Of a stretch of 64,000 nt of DNA, positions 18,443 through 29,168 are shown in pieces. A program made the position numbers and the translations under genes. The notes beneath the pieces are model-generated. The model was not told the origin of the DNA. It searched no databases and saw nothing but the letters and a program-made list of their open reading frames with translations. Position 1 is the stretch's first letter, and each line of letters begins with the position of its first letter. The DNA comes from Mycoplasmatota bacterium (GTDB lineage: Bacteria; Bacillota_I; Bacilli_A; MAG-NZ): positions 1,582,615 to 1,646,614 of the forward strand of contig CP074575.1 in assembly GCA_018394315.1 (NCBI GenBank), in the 5' to 3' direction.

Positions 18443-21437
18443 GACTAAATAACTCCCGTTCATTAGCAGCAGCAATTAGTGATCTTATTCTTATCTTCGC
18501 TGCTCCTAAATTTTTTATATCATCAATTTTTATAGTTGTATTCATTTTGTTATATTCATCCAAGATATCTGTAACTTGATCTATTACTAAAGCATCTAGT
18601 CCACATCCAAATGATGTCAGTTCAACAAGCTCAATATTATCCTTATCCTTAATATAGTCAGCAGCTCGGTAAATTCTTGACTGGTATGCCCATTGATCTA
18701 ATAATCTTAACTTATTAATCTGATTTTGTTTATGAACTTGGGCTAATGCATCTTCTATTAAAACACCAAATCCAAGTTTAGTTATCATCTCAGGTATACC
18801 TTGATTTACTTCTTTATCCAAGTGATATGGTCTTCCTGAAAGTAAGATCGACTTCAAATTGTTTTTTTTAATATATTCAAGAACTCTTTCTCCTTCTTCT
18901 TTAATGTCTTTTTTAAACATATAATACTCATTCCATGCTTCTTTAGAAGCATTTTTTATATCATTCTTATTTATTCCATATCCTTTGAGAATGTTATACA
19001 TTGTCTTATTGATTTTCTTAGGATACAGAAAAGATATACAAGGGGATAAGAATTCGATATTATGTTCCTTTACAATCTCCATGTTTAGATTTATAGTTGT
19101 AGGATACATCGAAACAACAGAGCAATTAAATGTCTTATCACAATGTTCAAATTCTTTAACTTCTTCTAATACTATCGGATAAAAAATTATATCAACCTTT
19201 TTATCAACAAGATCTTTAATATGACCATGAACTAATTTGGCTGGGTAACAAATAGTATCTGAAGGGATTGTATCAGTAGCTTTTTCATACAACTCTTTCG
19301 ATGATTGCTTACTCACTACAACTTTAAATCCTAATGATGTTAAGTATGTAAACCAAAACGGATAATTTTCATACATATTCATAGCCCTTGGAATACCAAT
19401 AGTAGCTATTGATTCTTCACTATCAAGTGACTTATATTTAAATAATCTCTTGTATTTATAGTCATACATATTAGGGATATTTAATGTTGATTTTTGTTCT
19501 ATGATCTCTATGCCATTCTCACACCTATTACCTGATATATATTTATTTGTACTGAATTCGGTAATATTTAATTTGCAATTATTATTACATTTTTGACATA
19601 TTGAAACAGTATTTATTAATTCATATTCACTAAGTTTATCAATTGGTATCATTTTAGATTTTATTTCATCTTCGGAATGTTCTTTTAATTCTAAATCATA
19701 TTGCTCTTTTGCAAGTAAAGCACACCCGAACGCTCCCATTATCCCAGAAATATTAGGTCTAATTACATTGAGATTTGTTTCAAGTTCAAACGCTCTTAAA
19801 ACTGCATTGTTTTTAAATGTACCACCTTGAACAACAATTCTTTTTCCCAAATCCTCTGCTTTACGTAATCTAATTACTTTATATAATGCGTTTTTTATAA
19901 CTGAATATGATAACCCAGATGAAATATCACCTATCGAAACTTGTACTTTTTGTGCTTGTTTTATATAAGAGTTCATAAATACAGTACATCTCGAACCAAA
20001 ATCCATTGCTCTCTTTGCAAGTAGAGCTTGATTGGAAAAGTCCTCAATATCAATTCCTAAGCTATTTGAATAATTTTCTAAAAACGATCCACATCCTGAT
20101 GAACATGCCTCGTTTAACATAATAGAGTCAATGGCGTTATTCTTTATCTTAATATACTTCATATCTTGACCACCAATATCGATAATACTATCTACATCAT
20201 TTACAAGATGTTTAGCTGCTTTATAGTGAGCAATAGTTTCTACTTCACCCCCATCCAAGTTTAGGATATTCTTAATCATATCTTCACCGTACCCAGTAAT
20301 ATACGCTTTTTTTATTTCAACATTTTTTGGTAGTTTTGAATATAAATCTTTTAGTCCTTTTACAATTTGTTGGAAAGGTGTACCATCATTTACGGTATAG
20401 TAGTCATAAATAATATGCTTATCATTATTTATTAAAACTATCTTTGATGTTGTACTGCCAGCATCAATACCTAAAAAACATGGTCCATTTGTTTCACTTA
20501 TATCCTTATAATCAACATTATGTTGGTTATGCCTTTCTAAAAATTCACTAAGTTCATCTTCGCTATGAAAAAGTGGTTTTAAGTATTCTACTTCTTCAAC
20601 CGTAGTTTTAATCATTTCGTCAGTTTTTTTAGTTATTTCATGTAAGGAGTGTTTTTCACTCACATTTTTGGCGTTCATTGCAGCTCCTAACGCAACCATA
20701 AAATGAGCATCTTCAGGTAATATATATTCCTCTTTCTTTAATTCAAGAGTTTCGACAAAACGGTTTAATAGTTGATCAATAAATGATAAAGGTCCTCCTA
20801 AAAAAGCTACTTTACCTTTAATTGGTCTACCAGCTGCAAGAGTTGTAATTGTTTGTATTACTACAGCCTGTAAAACACTCAAAGCTATATCTTCTTTAGT
20901 AGCACCTTCATTAAGTAGAGTTTGAATATCGGTTTTCGCAAAAACTCCACATCTAGAAGCAATTGGATATATCGTTTTCCCTTTTGTTGCTAATTCATTT
21001 ATTCCAGCTGTATCTGTTTTTAGGATAGTAGCAATTTGATCTATAAATGCTCCTGTTCCTCCAGCGCATTGAGTATTCATTCTTTGTTCTATTCCATTTG
21101 TTAAATAGACAATTTTAGAGTCTTCTCCGCCTAATTCAATAGTGACATCAATATCTGATAAATAATTTCTAATTGCTAGTGTAGACGCAATCACTTCCTG
21201 AATAAAAGGAGCATTAAGAAATTTTGAAATACTAATACCACCACTACCTGTAACAGAAACAGATATATCAACATCTCCAAATTTTTCATATATTTTATTA
21301 ATAATATTCTTAAATTCCTTTTTTATATTAGAAAAGTGTCTAAGATATTTCTTATACAAAATCGAAGCGTCATCACTTAACAGAACTACTTTTAGTGTTG
21401 TTGAACCTACATCAATCCCTAAATTATAATCCATCAT
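18435..21437 (-). CDS. Acyl-CoA dehydratase activase-related protein (two BadF/BcrA ATPase domains plus DUF2229-like region)
   Basis: LGIDVGSTTLK and LGIDAGSTTSK, CAGGTG, RCGVF, NEACSSGCG, RCTVF, CYPAKLVHGH, SFGCGLDA. Confidence 0.88.
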   Translation of the reverse strand: MMDYNLGIDVGSTTLKVVLLSDDASILYKKYLRHFSNIKKEFKNIINKIYEKFGDVDISVSVTGSGGISISKFLNAPFIQEVIASTLAIRNYLSDIDVTIELGGEDSKIVYLTNGIEQRMNTQCAGGTGAFIDQIATILKTDTAGINELATKGKTIYPIASRCGVFAKTDIQTLLNEGATKEDIALSVLQAVVIQTITTLAAGRPIKGKVAFLGGPLSFIDQLLNRFVETLELKKEEYILPEDAHFMVALGAAMNAKNVSEKHSLHEITKKTDEMIKTTVEEVEYLKPLFHSEDELSEFLERHNQHNVDYKDISETNGPCFLGIDAGSTTSKIVLINNDKHIIYDYYTVNDGTPFQQIVKGLKDLYSKLPKNVEIKKAYITGYGEDMIKNILNLDGGEVETIAHYKAAKHLVNDVDSIIDIGGQDMKYIKIKNNAIDSIMLNEACSSGCGSFLENYSNSLGIDIEDFSNQALLAKRAMDFGSRCTVFMNSYIKQAQKVQVSIGDISSGLSYSVIKNALYKVIRLRKAEDLGKRIVVQGGTFKNNAVLRAFELETNLNVIRPNISGIMGAFGCALLAKEQYDLELKEHSEDEIKSKMIPIDKLSEYELINTVSICQKCNNNCKLNITEFSTNKYISGNRCENGIEIIEQKSTLNIPNMYDYKYKRLFKYKSLDSEESIATIGIPRAMNMYENYPFWFTYLTSLGFKVVVSKQSSKELYEKATDTIPSDTICYPAKLVHGHIKDLVDKKVDIIFYPIVLEEVKEFEHCDKTFNCSVVSMYPTTINLNMEIVKEHNIEFLSPCISFLYPKKINKTMYNILKGYGINKNDIKNASKEAWNEYYMFKKDIKEEGERVLEYIKKNNLKSILLSGRPYHLDKEVNQGIPEMITKLGFGVLIEDALAQVHKQNQINKLRLLDQWAYQSRIYRAADYIKDKDNIELVELTSFGCGLDALVIDQVTDILDEYNKMNTTIKIDDIKNLGAAKIRIRSLIAAANERELFSHE

Positions 21438-21598
21438 GTATTACCTCCACTTAATTTATGAGATTTTTATACAAATCCCTTATATTTTTATCTTAATTAT
21501 AGATATTATTCTTTATTTTACAGATAAAGAAATGATGAATTAGATATTTATTTAAATAAAAAATGAATGTGTTTGATTAACACAGTCATTAGTTTTAT

Positions 21599-22639
21599 TT
21601 AGTTAACTCTTTGATGATTTAATGCTAGAATTGATAGCTTAAGTCTTAGAATGTCATCTACGTTATGTAAACAACAGCCAGTCAGTTCTTCAATTTTCTT
21701 TATTCTGTACTTTAATGTGTTTAAGTGAATATATAATTTTTCGCTTGTATGAATTAATGAAAGATTGTTGTTAATATAAGTTAAAAAAGTCTTAACTAAA
21801 TAATCTTGTTTTATAATGGTTTTAGCTTCATAGAAATCATACTTATTATAGTCGATAGAATCTAAAAATGCATTTATCTTGAAATCTAGTGTGAAGTAGA
21901 TATTTGCATCTTCGTGAACACTATGTTCGATGAAGTTAATAATATTATATTCTTCTTTTAGATTACAAAAATCAACTATTTCAGAGATTATAGAATGAAT
22001 ATCATTATTTACAATCATATCTTTTACTTCAACTAATCGTTTCTTATCAAAATCTGAAAAGATATAAATTTCACTGTCTTCCACATAAGCTCTAAGGTAG
22101 TTTAATCCCTTAAACATTGTAGCGAAATCATGTTCTGTTGATAGGAATTTAACCACTAAGTTATGTTTGTGTTTTCTAAATCCAATTACACTTAAATGCT
22201 TGTCAATGTCTTCAAAACCTCTTAAGTTATATAAGATATCAAGTACAACCTCTTTTTCGTACTTACGAATCGCTGTTTTTTTATCTTCAGTTATTTTTTG
22301 ATTTAATAATGATTCTAGGCTAACTCTTAATATTTCGGAGAACATTTCAACTTCATCTGGGTTACCATTAATACCTCCAGCTCCGATTACTTTACCATTT
22401 GAATATAGTGGTAATGTAATACTAGGTTTAATATTTTCGTCTTTTGATTCATAAACCTTGTAGTTTCTATTCTCACCTTTAATTATTGAGTGAACAAATG
22501 AGTGATATTGTCCAATTCTTGATAGCTCCCCTGAACCTACTATTTTTCCATCAATGTCGTAGATATCTACATTATGTTTAAATAATTTACTCAGATTCTC
22601 TGCCATATCTATTATAACTTCATTTGCAAGACCAACCAT
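21599..22639 (-). CDS. CdaR/PucR-family transcriptional regulator
   Basis: N-terminal sugar-diacid-recognition-like region (GKIVGSGELSRIGQYH, GINGNPDEV) and C-terminal HTH LYIHLNTLKYRIKKIEELTG. Confidence 0.88.
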   Translation of the reverse strand: MVGLANEVIIDMAENLSKLFKHNVDIYDIDGKIVGSGELSRIGQYHSFVHSIIKGENRNYKVYESKDENIKPSITLPLYSNGKVIGAGGINGNPDEVEMFSEILRVSLESLLNQKITEDKKTAIRKYEKEVVLDILYNLRGFEDIDKHLSVIGFRKHKHNLVVKFLSTEHDFATMFKGLNYLRAYVEDSEIYIFSDFDKKRLVEVKDMIVNNDIHSIISEIVDFCNLKEEYNIINFIEHSVHEDANIYFTLDFKINAFLDSIDYNKYDFYEAKTIIKQDYLVKTFLTYINNNLSLIHTSEKLYIHLNTLKYRIKKIEELTGCCLHNVDDILRLKLSILALNHQRVN

Positions 22640-22826
22640 AAATAACACCTCTTTTACTATTTCGCATAAATGCTTTTAATTATCTATAATAGTAATGATT
22701 ATCCTTGCTTAATTGAGCCCACTTTATGTGCGCATTTTATTGCGGGTAAATGTGATAATTACCATTTTACTAAAAGCCTGCTCTATTATAGCACAAATAT
22801 AATTTTTATATACAATTTATATAATG

Positions 22827-23123
22827 TTAACAAGCCATTCCTCTTACTTCTTCTACTAGATAATCACAGATAGCAGATTCAAACTCTTGCTCTCTAGTTA
22901 ATGTAATAACACCAACCATATCACGGCATTGGTGATGTACAAAATCTACACTGTTGCTTTTATTATTTACTTTAAGTGTATAGTTTAACCAACTATGATG
23001 TGAGTCTTCGTAAGAAACTGTGATTAATAATGTGTTTTCATTTTCATACTCAACTAATACTTTATTTAATTTCCCATTTAAGAATTGTTTAGTCAATTCT
23101 GACACTTTGCTATACTTTCTCAT
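22827..23123 (-). CDS. Hypothetical protein translationally coupled to the antiporter
   Basis: ATGA overlap with the upstream stop; GGAGG SD inside the antiporter 3' end. Confidence 0.7.
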   Translation of the reverse strand: MRKYSKVSELTKQFLNGKLNKVLVEYENENTLLITVSYEDSHHSWLNYTLKVNNKSNSVDFVHHQCRDMVGVITLTREQEFESAICDYLVEEVRGMAC

Positions 23124-24409
23124 TGATATCCTCCTTCATAAGCAAGTTCATTCTTTTTATATTCTTCTGACTGTACTTCAGTTGTTCCGAACTCATTAGT
23201 TCTCCAAAATGCTATTTTAACTAATACTGGACCAGTTAACGCAAACACTAATACTGAAGCTAATATAATATTCTTAATTACTAATGCGTATTCATGGTTA
23301 ACACTGTCAAAAGCACTATACGCTGAAACTGATAATCCAATCGCAACACCTGATTGTGGTAATAAACTTACTCCTAAGTATTTACGTACTGCATTGCCTG
23401 ATTTAGCCATTACAGCACCTACGTACGCTCCTGACATTTTACCGACAGTTCTTGATACTATATATACTAAACCAACTATACCAACTGTAAGTAATACATC
23501 AAATTGTAATTGTGCACCTGCTATTGTAAAGAACGCAACCATTAGTGGTGGAATAAAGAATCTAATTGTTTCTTCTTCGAAGATAAATGTTTCTTTATTG
23601 ATTAAGTTAGTAACAGCAGTACCTGCAATCATTGGAGTTAGTATTGGTGAACCTCCAAAAGCAATTGCAGCACCCGTTGTTAAAAAGATAGAAATACAAA
23701 TAACTCCCAAATTGTTTTCTTGACGCTCTGAATTCTTCTCAATATTTTTAATCGCAATACCAGATGCGTAACCAATTGCTAACCCAATAAGAACACTGAT
23801 TCCAATTTCAATTAAGGGCTCTTTTAATAATTCTAAATAACTAATTCCCTCACTTGAACCAGATAGACTAACACCGATAGATAATAAGACACCGAAAATA
23901 ATTACACCAACAGCATCATCTAAACCAACTACTGGTAATATTGTATCTGTTAGTTCGCCCTTAGTTCTATATTTCTTAATAATCATCATAATTGGTGCTG
24001 GAGCAGTTGCTGCTGCAATCGCACCGAGTACTAATGCAATAGGTAAGTCAACAAACGGTAGTAAAGCTAGTATAACTAATGATGTAGTAGCAACAGCTTG
24101 TACAATTGTAATGATAATAATTTTCATACCTGATTTTTTAAGTTTACCAAACCATAATTCATTACCAACTTGAAAAGCAATGAAACCAAGCGCAACATCA
24201 CCAATTAAGTGATATGACTCTAAAGTCTCTAAATTAATAATTCTTGTAATTGGTCCTAATATAAGACCAGCCACTAAATAACCTGTAACTGCTGGAATCT
24301 TAACTCTTTCTGCAAGTCTTCCAAATATAATTCCAAACAATAAAATTAATCCCAAGTCTACAATAAGAACATTGGGAATACCTGATAATAAAATATTAAA
24401 TTCCCCCAT
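23120..24409 (-). CDS. Cation:proton antiporter (CPA family)
   Basis: IPAVTGYLVAGLILGP, AAATAPA, GLDDAVG, LLPQSGVAIGL; many TMs. Confidence 0.9.
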   Translation of the reverse strand: MGEFNILLSGIPNVLIVDLGLILLFGIIFGRLAERVKIPAVTGYLVAGLILGPITRIINLETLESYHLIGDVALGFIAFQVGNELWFGKLKKSGMKIIIITIVQAVATTSLVILALLPFVDLPIALVLGAIAAATAPAPIMMIIKKYRTKGELTDTILPVVGLDDAVGVIIFGVLLSIGVSLSGSSEGISYLELLKEPLIEIGISVLIGLAIGYASGIAIKNIEKNSERQENNLGVICISIFLTTGAAIAFGGSPILTPMIAGTAVTNLINKETFIFEEETIRFFIPPLMVAFFTIAGAQLQFDVLLTVGIVGLVYIVSRTVGKMSGAYVGAVMAKSGNAVRKYLGVSLLPQSGVAIGLSVSAYSAFDSVNHEYALVIKNIILASVLVFALTGPVLVKIAFWRTNEFGTTEVQSEEYKKNELAYEGGYQ

Positions 24410-24953
24410 ATAATCTCTCCCTTATAATACTAATTTTTCCTATTTAATACTGACACTTATATTACTGAAAATACAAGCCTTTCCTAGGTACGATTATGAT
24501 TATATCACGGTGAAAAAATATTAAAATAACTATTAAGGATTTCGAACCATATTTAGCCATTAAGATAAAAATTAAAGTCTCTCATTGTCCGTTCGGCTAA
24601 AAATATAGATAACGCTTTTATTATTCTCAACCTGAAAGCACTTAAAAAAATTATGAACTCGTGTATAAAATATGATAGAAAAGGATTTAATTTACTAAGT
24701 TTTCTATTCATAAACGGTACCATGTGATTAATAGTTGAACCGTATTGTTTAATTCGAAATATTTACTATACACTCTAAAACTCATAGTTCTTTTTCTATT
24801 TTTGTTAATAAGTACAAACTCAACTTAAACATACTGTAGTATACATATTTAGATTCTAACTCAATCACTTTTATTAATTAGTAAAATGGTTCATTTAAAT
24901 GTATATACAACCATAATATACAAAATATATACTATTCGTTGGAGGTTTTATAA

Positions 24954-26288
24954 TTGACTAAAAAAGGACTTAAAGTTAAAGATTTAGTTTTACTTGCACT
25001 TGGAACAATAATAGGTGGATCATTCTTTTTAGGAATTTCTATTCCTTTAAGAAATGCTGGACCTTCTATTATCGTTTCATATTTGATAGGAGGTGTATTA
25101 GTAGCTATTATATTATTTTCGTTGTCTGAAATGACAATTGCAAAACCCACTGCAGGTTCATTTAGAACATATGCACAACAATATTTAGGTCCATATTATG
25201 GGTTTTTAGTTGGATGGCTATATTGGACAGGGTTAGTACTAGCTATGTCTAGTGAAGCATTAGCACTAGCTTTATTAATAATTAGATATTTTCCGAGCTT
25301 AAACCCGGTGTTCTTTGGGACTATTATAATATTAATTGTTACTTTACTAAACCTACTAGGTGCTGATAAACTTAGTAAAATAGAAAATAAACTAGCTCTT
25401 ATTAAGATCTTTGCTGTTGTTGGATTCATAGTACTCTCTGCAGCCATTTTATTTGGAATATTTAATGTAACAAATCTTCAAACTTATAAATTAGATTTTA
25501 CTTATAATGATATATTTGTTGGAGGATTTGGTGCAGTTGCTGGAAGTATGCTTATTATTATGTTTACATATGCTGGATTTGAAATGATAGGGTTAGCAGC
25601 TTCGGAAGCTGAAAACCCTAATAAAACAGTACCAAAAGCTATTAAAAACACAGTGTTAATATTAGTATCCTTATATTGTGTAGCAGTAATCTTATTATTG
25701 CCCCTCGTTGATACTAGTGAACTTACTCCAGAATTTAGTCCTTTTGTTATTGGACTAGGTAATGCTGGTATATTTTGGGCATCTAATGTGATGAATATTG
25801 TGCTAATAATAGCTATCTTATCAACAATGTTAGCAGCAATGTTTGGACTTGGAAGAATTATGAGATCACTTGCAGATGAAGGTTATACTCCTAAATTTTT
25901 AAAAGAAAATACAGACATTCCTAAAAAAGGTATTTTATTCTCGGGATTAGCAATGTTAATTGCATTATATTTAGGTCAAATACTTCCATCTTCAGTTTAT
26001 ATTTTTTTAGTTAGCTCTAGTGGTTTTTCTCTTATGTTCACATACTTAATTATTCTATATAGTCATTATCATTTCAGAAAAAAATATGGTTGTCCTGGTA
26101 AAGGGCAATGTCAACTCCCTGGTTATCCCTACACATCACTGGTGGGACTCCTCTCAATTGTGCTTATAATACTAACTATGCCTTTAATTGCAGGTCAAGG
26201 TAGTGGGTTAGTTGCAGGTATAGTATTGATATTGGTGTATTCAATTATTTACTATTTAACAAAAAGAAAGAGGATTAGGAGTAGATGA
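24954..26288 (+). CDS. APC-family amino acid permease
   Basis: ALGTIIGGSFFLG, FTYAGFEMIGLAASE; TTG start after GGAGG. Confidence 0.9.
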   Translation: MTKKGLKVKDLVLLALGTIIGGSFFLGISIPLRNAGPSIIVSYLIGGVLVAIILFSLSEMTIAKPTAGSFRTYAQQYLGPYYGFLVGWLYWTGLVLAMSSEALALALLIIRYFPSLNPVFFGTIIILIVTLLNLLGADKLSKIENKLALIKIFAVVGFIVLSAAILFGIFNVTNLQTYKLDFTYNDIFVGGFGAVAGSMLIIMFTYAGFEMIGLAASEAENPNKTVPKAIKNTVLILVSLYCVAVILLLPLVDTSELTPEFSPFVIGLGNAGIFWASNVMNIVLIIAILSTMLAAMFGLGRIMRSLADEGYTPKFLKENTDIPKKGILFSGLAMLIALYLGQILPSSVYIFLVSSSGFSLMFTYLIILYSHYHFRKKYGCPGKGQCQLPGYPYTSLVGLLSIVLIILTMPLIAGQGSGLVAGIVLILVYSIIYYLTKRKRIRSR

Positions 26289-26513
26289 ATGAAGTAAGTA
26301 TAACATTATCCGTAAGTTGTTTTGAAATAATTAATTTCTAATTTTCAAAAAAAAGCCGTTAATATCTAGAAAAAAGATATTAATAGCTTTTTTTTATACG
26401 AACGATAAGATTCTTTACTTTATTTAGTCGAAAGAATATTTACTAAATAATAAAGTAATATAGATTCTTGTTTATAAAGCTTTCATCATTCATTTTAGTA
26501 ATTATTCTAATAA

Positions 26514-27542
26514 TCACCATTTATTTGAAACTTTTTCAGCGAAACCAAATAAATCATTTATTAAAAGTTTTGTACCATCATCTAGAATGACTGTTCCAGT
26601 AAATTTACCAAAGACTTGATGTTGACAGCTGGATATTATAAGCATATTTATATTGTCATACCTATCGATTATAGGATCAAACGTCATCTCAAATCTTCCG
26701 TCACTAGATGTAAAACTCCATGTCTTCATATATTCTTCTTTTTTACTTCTTGGAATAATAAAATCTACATGCTCTAGTTTATGTCCAATTCCATCATAAA
26801 AAATCATATTTTCAGTGGCCATACTAGTATCACCAAAGCCATACCCAATGTTAAATCCAAATATCTTACCATCAACAATACCTGAAGCGGAACCCCAATA
26901 CCAAGTATTCTTATAAGTCCAAACACCTCTACCCCAATCCAGGACACCAAAAGATTTTGAACTATCAAAAATATATTGATTATCTCCTAAGACTAGCTCT
27001 CCTTCAGCTCTTAAACAGTTTATTTTTTGATTGTAGTAAAAAGCCTTTTTATTTTCTTTAAATGGAGTAGCTAATACTATTGAATCTATTGGTTCATCTT
27101 TTAGAATAATACCACATGACAAATTATCTTTATTTAAGAATTTATCAAAACTACATTTTAAATGTCTTTGATTATTCTTTTTAACGAACTCAATTGACAT
27201 TGTCTTATCGCTAAACTTCACATCTCCTCTTAATGTAGAACTCGGTAAATTTAAACTACCTCTAGTAAAAGGTTTAATTTTACTTTTTGTAGTACACCAC
27301 TTTTCTTTAAAGTTAAAGAAAGCTACACTAACAAATCCCATATAAGAGTTGTCAGCAATCGTAAGTGCTACTCCAAAGTCTTCATTTGTCACTAGATAAT
27401 AGTCCCATTCCTTTATCCTTGACTTCAAACCCTTAATATCTTTTCGACTATATTCAAGTAACATCTCAGTTGAGTAGCCAGACTGATTAAGATAACCCTT
27501 TTCATTTAATAACTTTTGTTTTTGAATAATTCGATTTTGCAT
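26514..27542 (-). CDS. DUF2804-family protein
   Basis: RIKEWDYY, FYYNQKINC, GVLDWGRGVW, GFNIGYGFGD, HQVFGKF; ATG 27542 after GAGGAG. Confidence 0.8.
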   Translation of the reverse strand: MQNRIIQKQKLLNEKGYLNQSGYSTEMLLEYSRKDIKGLKSRIKEWDYYLVTNEDFGVALTIADNSYMGFVSVAFFNFKEKWCTTKSKIKPFTRGSLNLPSSTLRGDVKFSDKTMSIEFVKKNNQRHLKCSFDKFLNKDNLSCGIILKDEPIDSIVLATPFKENKKAFYYNQKINCLRAEGELVLGDNQYIFDSSKSFGVLDWGRGVWTYKNTWYWGSASGIVDGKIFGFNIGYGFGDTSMATENMIFYDGIGHKLEHVDFIIPRSKKEEYMKTWSFTSSDGRFEMTFDPIIDRYDNINMLIISSCQHQVFGKFTGTVILDDGTKLLINDLFGFAEKVSNKW

Positions 27543-28019
27543 AATTATTCTCCTCATATTTTATTTGTTATATCTTGTCAGGGAATACTTTTGTCCCTCT
27601 TTGTCCCATATTAAAGAAAGCTAATTCACGGCAAATCTAGCGATTCACATCAGTATGCTTACAATCGTTCATGTCAGTTCTTTCTGACGCTTACTCAAAT
27701 TCATACGAATTTCGATCAATTGTCAAATTGTGGCTGTAAAATTAAGTTTGGGGTAGAAGAGGAATATCTTCTATTTCAAACTTTTTAAGTGAAAACAAAA
27801 AAATGCATAATAAATCCAATATAATCGAGTCACCACAAAACAACATAGAGGGTTTATTATGCAAACAAATTTTATCACACTTAAAAATCTTTTGTTTTAT
27901 GCCAAATAATCTTTTGTCAAAAATCTCCAATTGCTTTGTTCTAATATAATAAAAATAATTTTCTAAATCTAATAATCTTTATGATATTGTGTTCAATGAA
28001 AAGGTATAGAAAGTTTATT

Positions 28020-28943
28020 TTACTTTTTCCTTGCCTTAAGTTCCACTGGCAAAATACAATTATAAATAAACTCATTTACCTGTGTTTTAACACCATACTT
28101 TTTCCCTAATTTAACTACACTCCCATTCTGGTAATTAATTTCTGATGGTCTTCCTTCCCAAACATCTCTTGTTAATGACGATGTTGAATCATATGGGTAT
28201 GTATCAATTGAGGCAATTGTTTTGTCTATAATATTGGGTTCTAAATTAATTCCAACTTTTTGAGAAACTGTATAAATTTCTGAAATAACACCCTTCATTA
28301 AATCTCTGGTTTCTTTTAGTTCTCTAACAACTCCATAAGTTGATCGGGTTACAGCAAGCAATCCACTTACACAAATACCCATAAATTTCTTCCATAACTC
28401 AGCACTGATATCTTCTGTAATTTTAGAATTAATTCCTGAATCATTCAAGATTTCATTTATCTTTAAAATCCTGTTTGATGACTCTCCATTCAGTTCTCCA
28501 ATAACAATAGTTGGTTCAACACCAAAATGATTAATTACTCCTGGAGATTCAATCTCACTAATAATTCTACAAAGTCCACCAATAATGTTTTTTGGTTTTA
28601 TTTCTTTTGATATTTCTTCAACAGCTGAAATTCCGTTTTGTAAGGGTATTACCACCGTTTTTTGACTCATGATTGATTTCAAATCTTTTGCAACCTCTTT
28701 AACTTGCCATGCTTTAACTCCAAGGATTACTAAATCAACCTTTCCTAATTCATTTATTTTATCAGTTGCTCTTACCTGTTTTATATGAAAGTCACCCAAG
28801 ATACTTTTTACTTTTAATCCCTTTTGCTGGATAGCTTTTAGGTGTTCTCCCCTGGCAAGAAAAGTAACTTCATTTCCATTTTGTGCTAATCTTCCTCCAA
28901 AGTATCCTCCAACTCCACCTGTTCCTATAATTGCAACTTTCAT
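28020..28943 (-). CDS. panE: 2-dehydropantoate 2-reductase (ketopantoate reductase family)
   Basis: IIGTGGVGGYFGGRLA, LQNG, LWKK, SSLTRDV..GRPSEI. Confidence 0.85.
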   Translation of the reverse strand: MKVAIIGTGGVGGYFGGRLAQNGNEVTFLARGEHLKAIQQKGLKVKSILGDFHIKQVRATDKINELGKVDLVILGVKAWQVKEVAKDLKSIMSQKTVVIPLQNGISAVEEISKEIKPKNIIGGLCRIISEIESPGVINHFGVEPTIVIGELNGESSNRILKINEILNDSGINSKITEDISAELWKKFMGICVSGLLAVTRSTYGVVRELKETRDLMKGVISEIYTVSQKVGINLEPNIIDKTIASIDTYPYDSTSSLTRDVWEGRPSEINYQNGSVVKLGKKYGVKTQVNEFIYNCILPVELKARKK

Positions 28944-29168
28944 TCCTTTGCCTCTTTCTTTCGAATTTATTTTCCCTAGTTAACACCTTATGCTTTAGTT
29001 ATACTATATTCACTCAAAAACCCATAGACTGTTCAATAGAGGAACTTACTTCTATTTAGAACCAATTTAAAACTTAAGTTTTCAGAACTTCTTTCTGTGA
29101 TTCTTTCATTTTCCTGTTTTTAAAGTGATTAACTATTGTTTGTTAATAAAATTTAGTAGTCAAACAAC

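Noticed and set aside
22670..22873. 67 aa plus-strand ORF; also a NiCo riboswitch suggested by GAGCAGGC on the minus strand
   Set aside because: The ORF lacks an SD and overlaps a promoter/leader; the remaining NiCo junction motifs are absent
24410..24890. Long intergenic region with ATATTTAGCC/GGCTAAAAATAT inverted arms
   Set aside because: No coherent ORF, known RNA motif or second copy could be established by eye
24954..26288. Genetic code 4 (UGA=Trp), suggested by the Mollicutes-like AT-richness
   Set aside because: TGA terminates genes at expected lengths (this permease, dnaG, the antiporter) and the Trp codons I translated are TGG; in-frame TGA was found only at the two Sec positions
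27742..27930. 62 aa ORF between the DUF2804 gene and panE
   Set aside because: TTG start without SD and no recognisable motif; at most a decayed fragment
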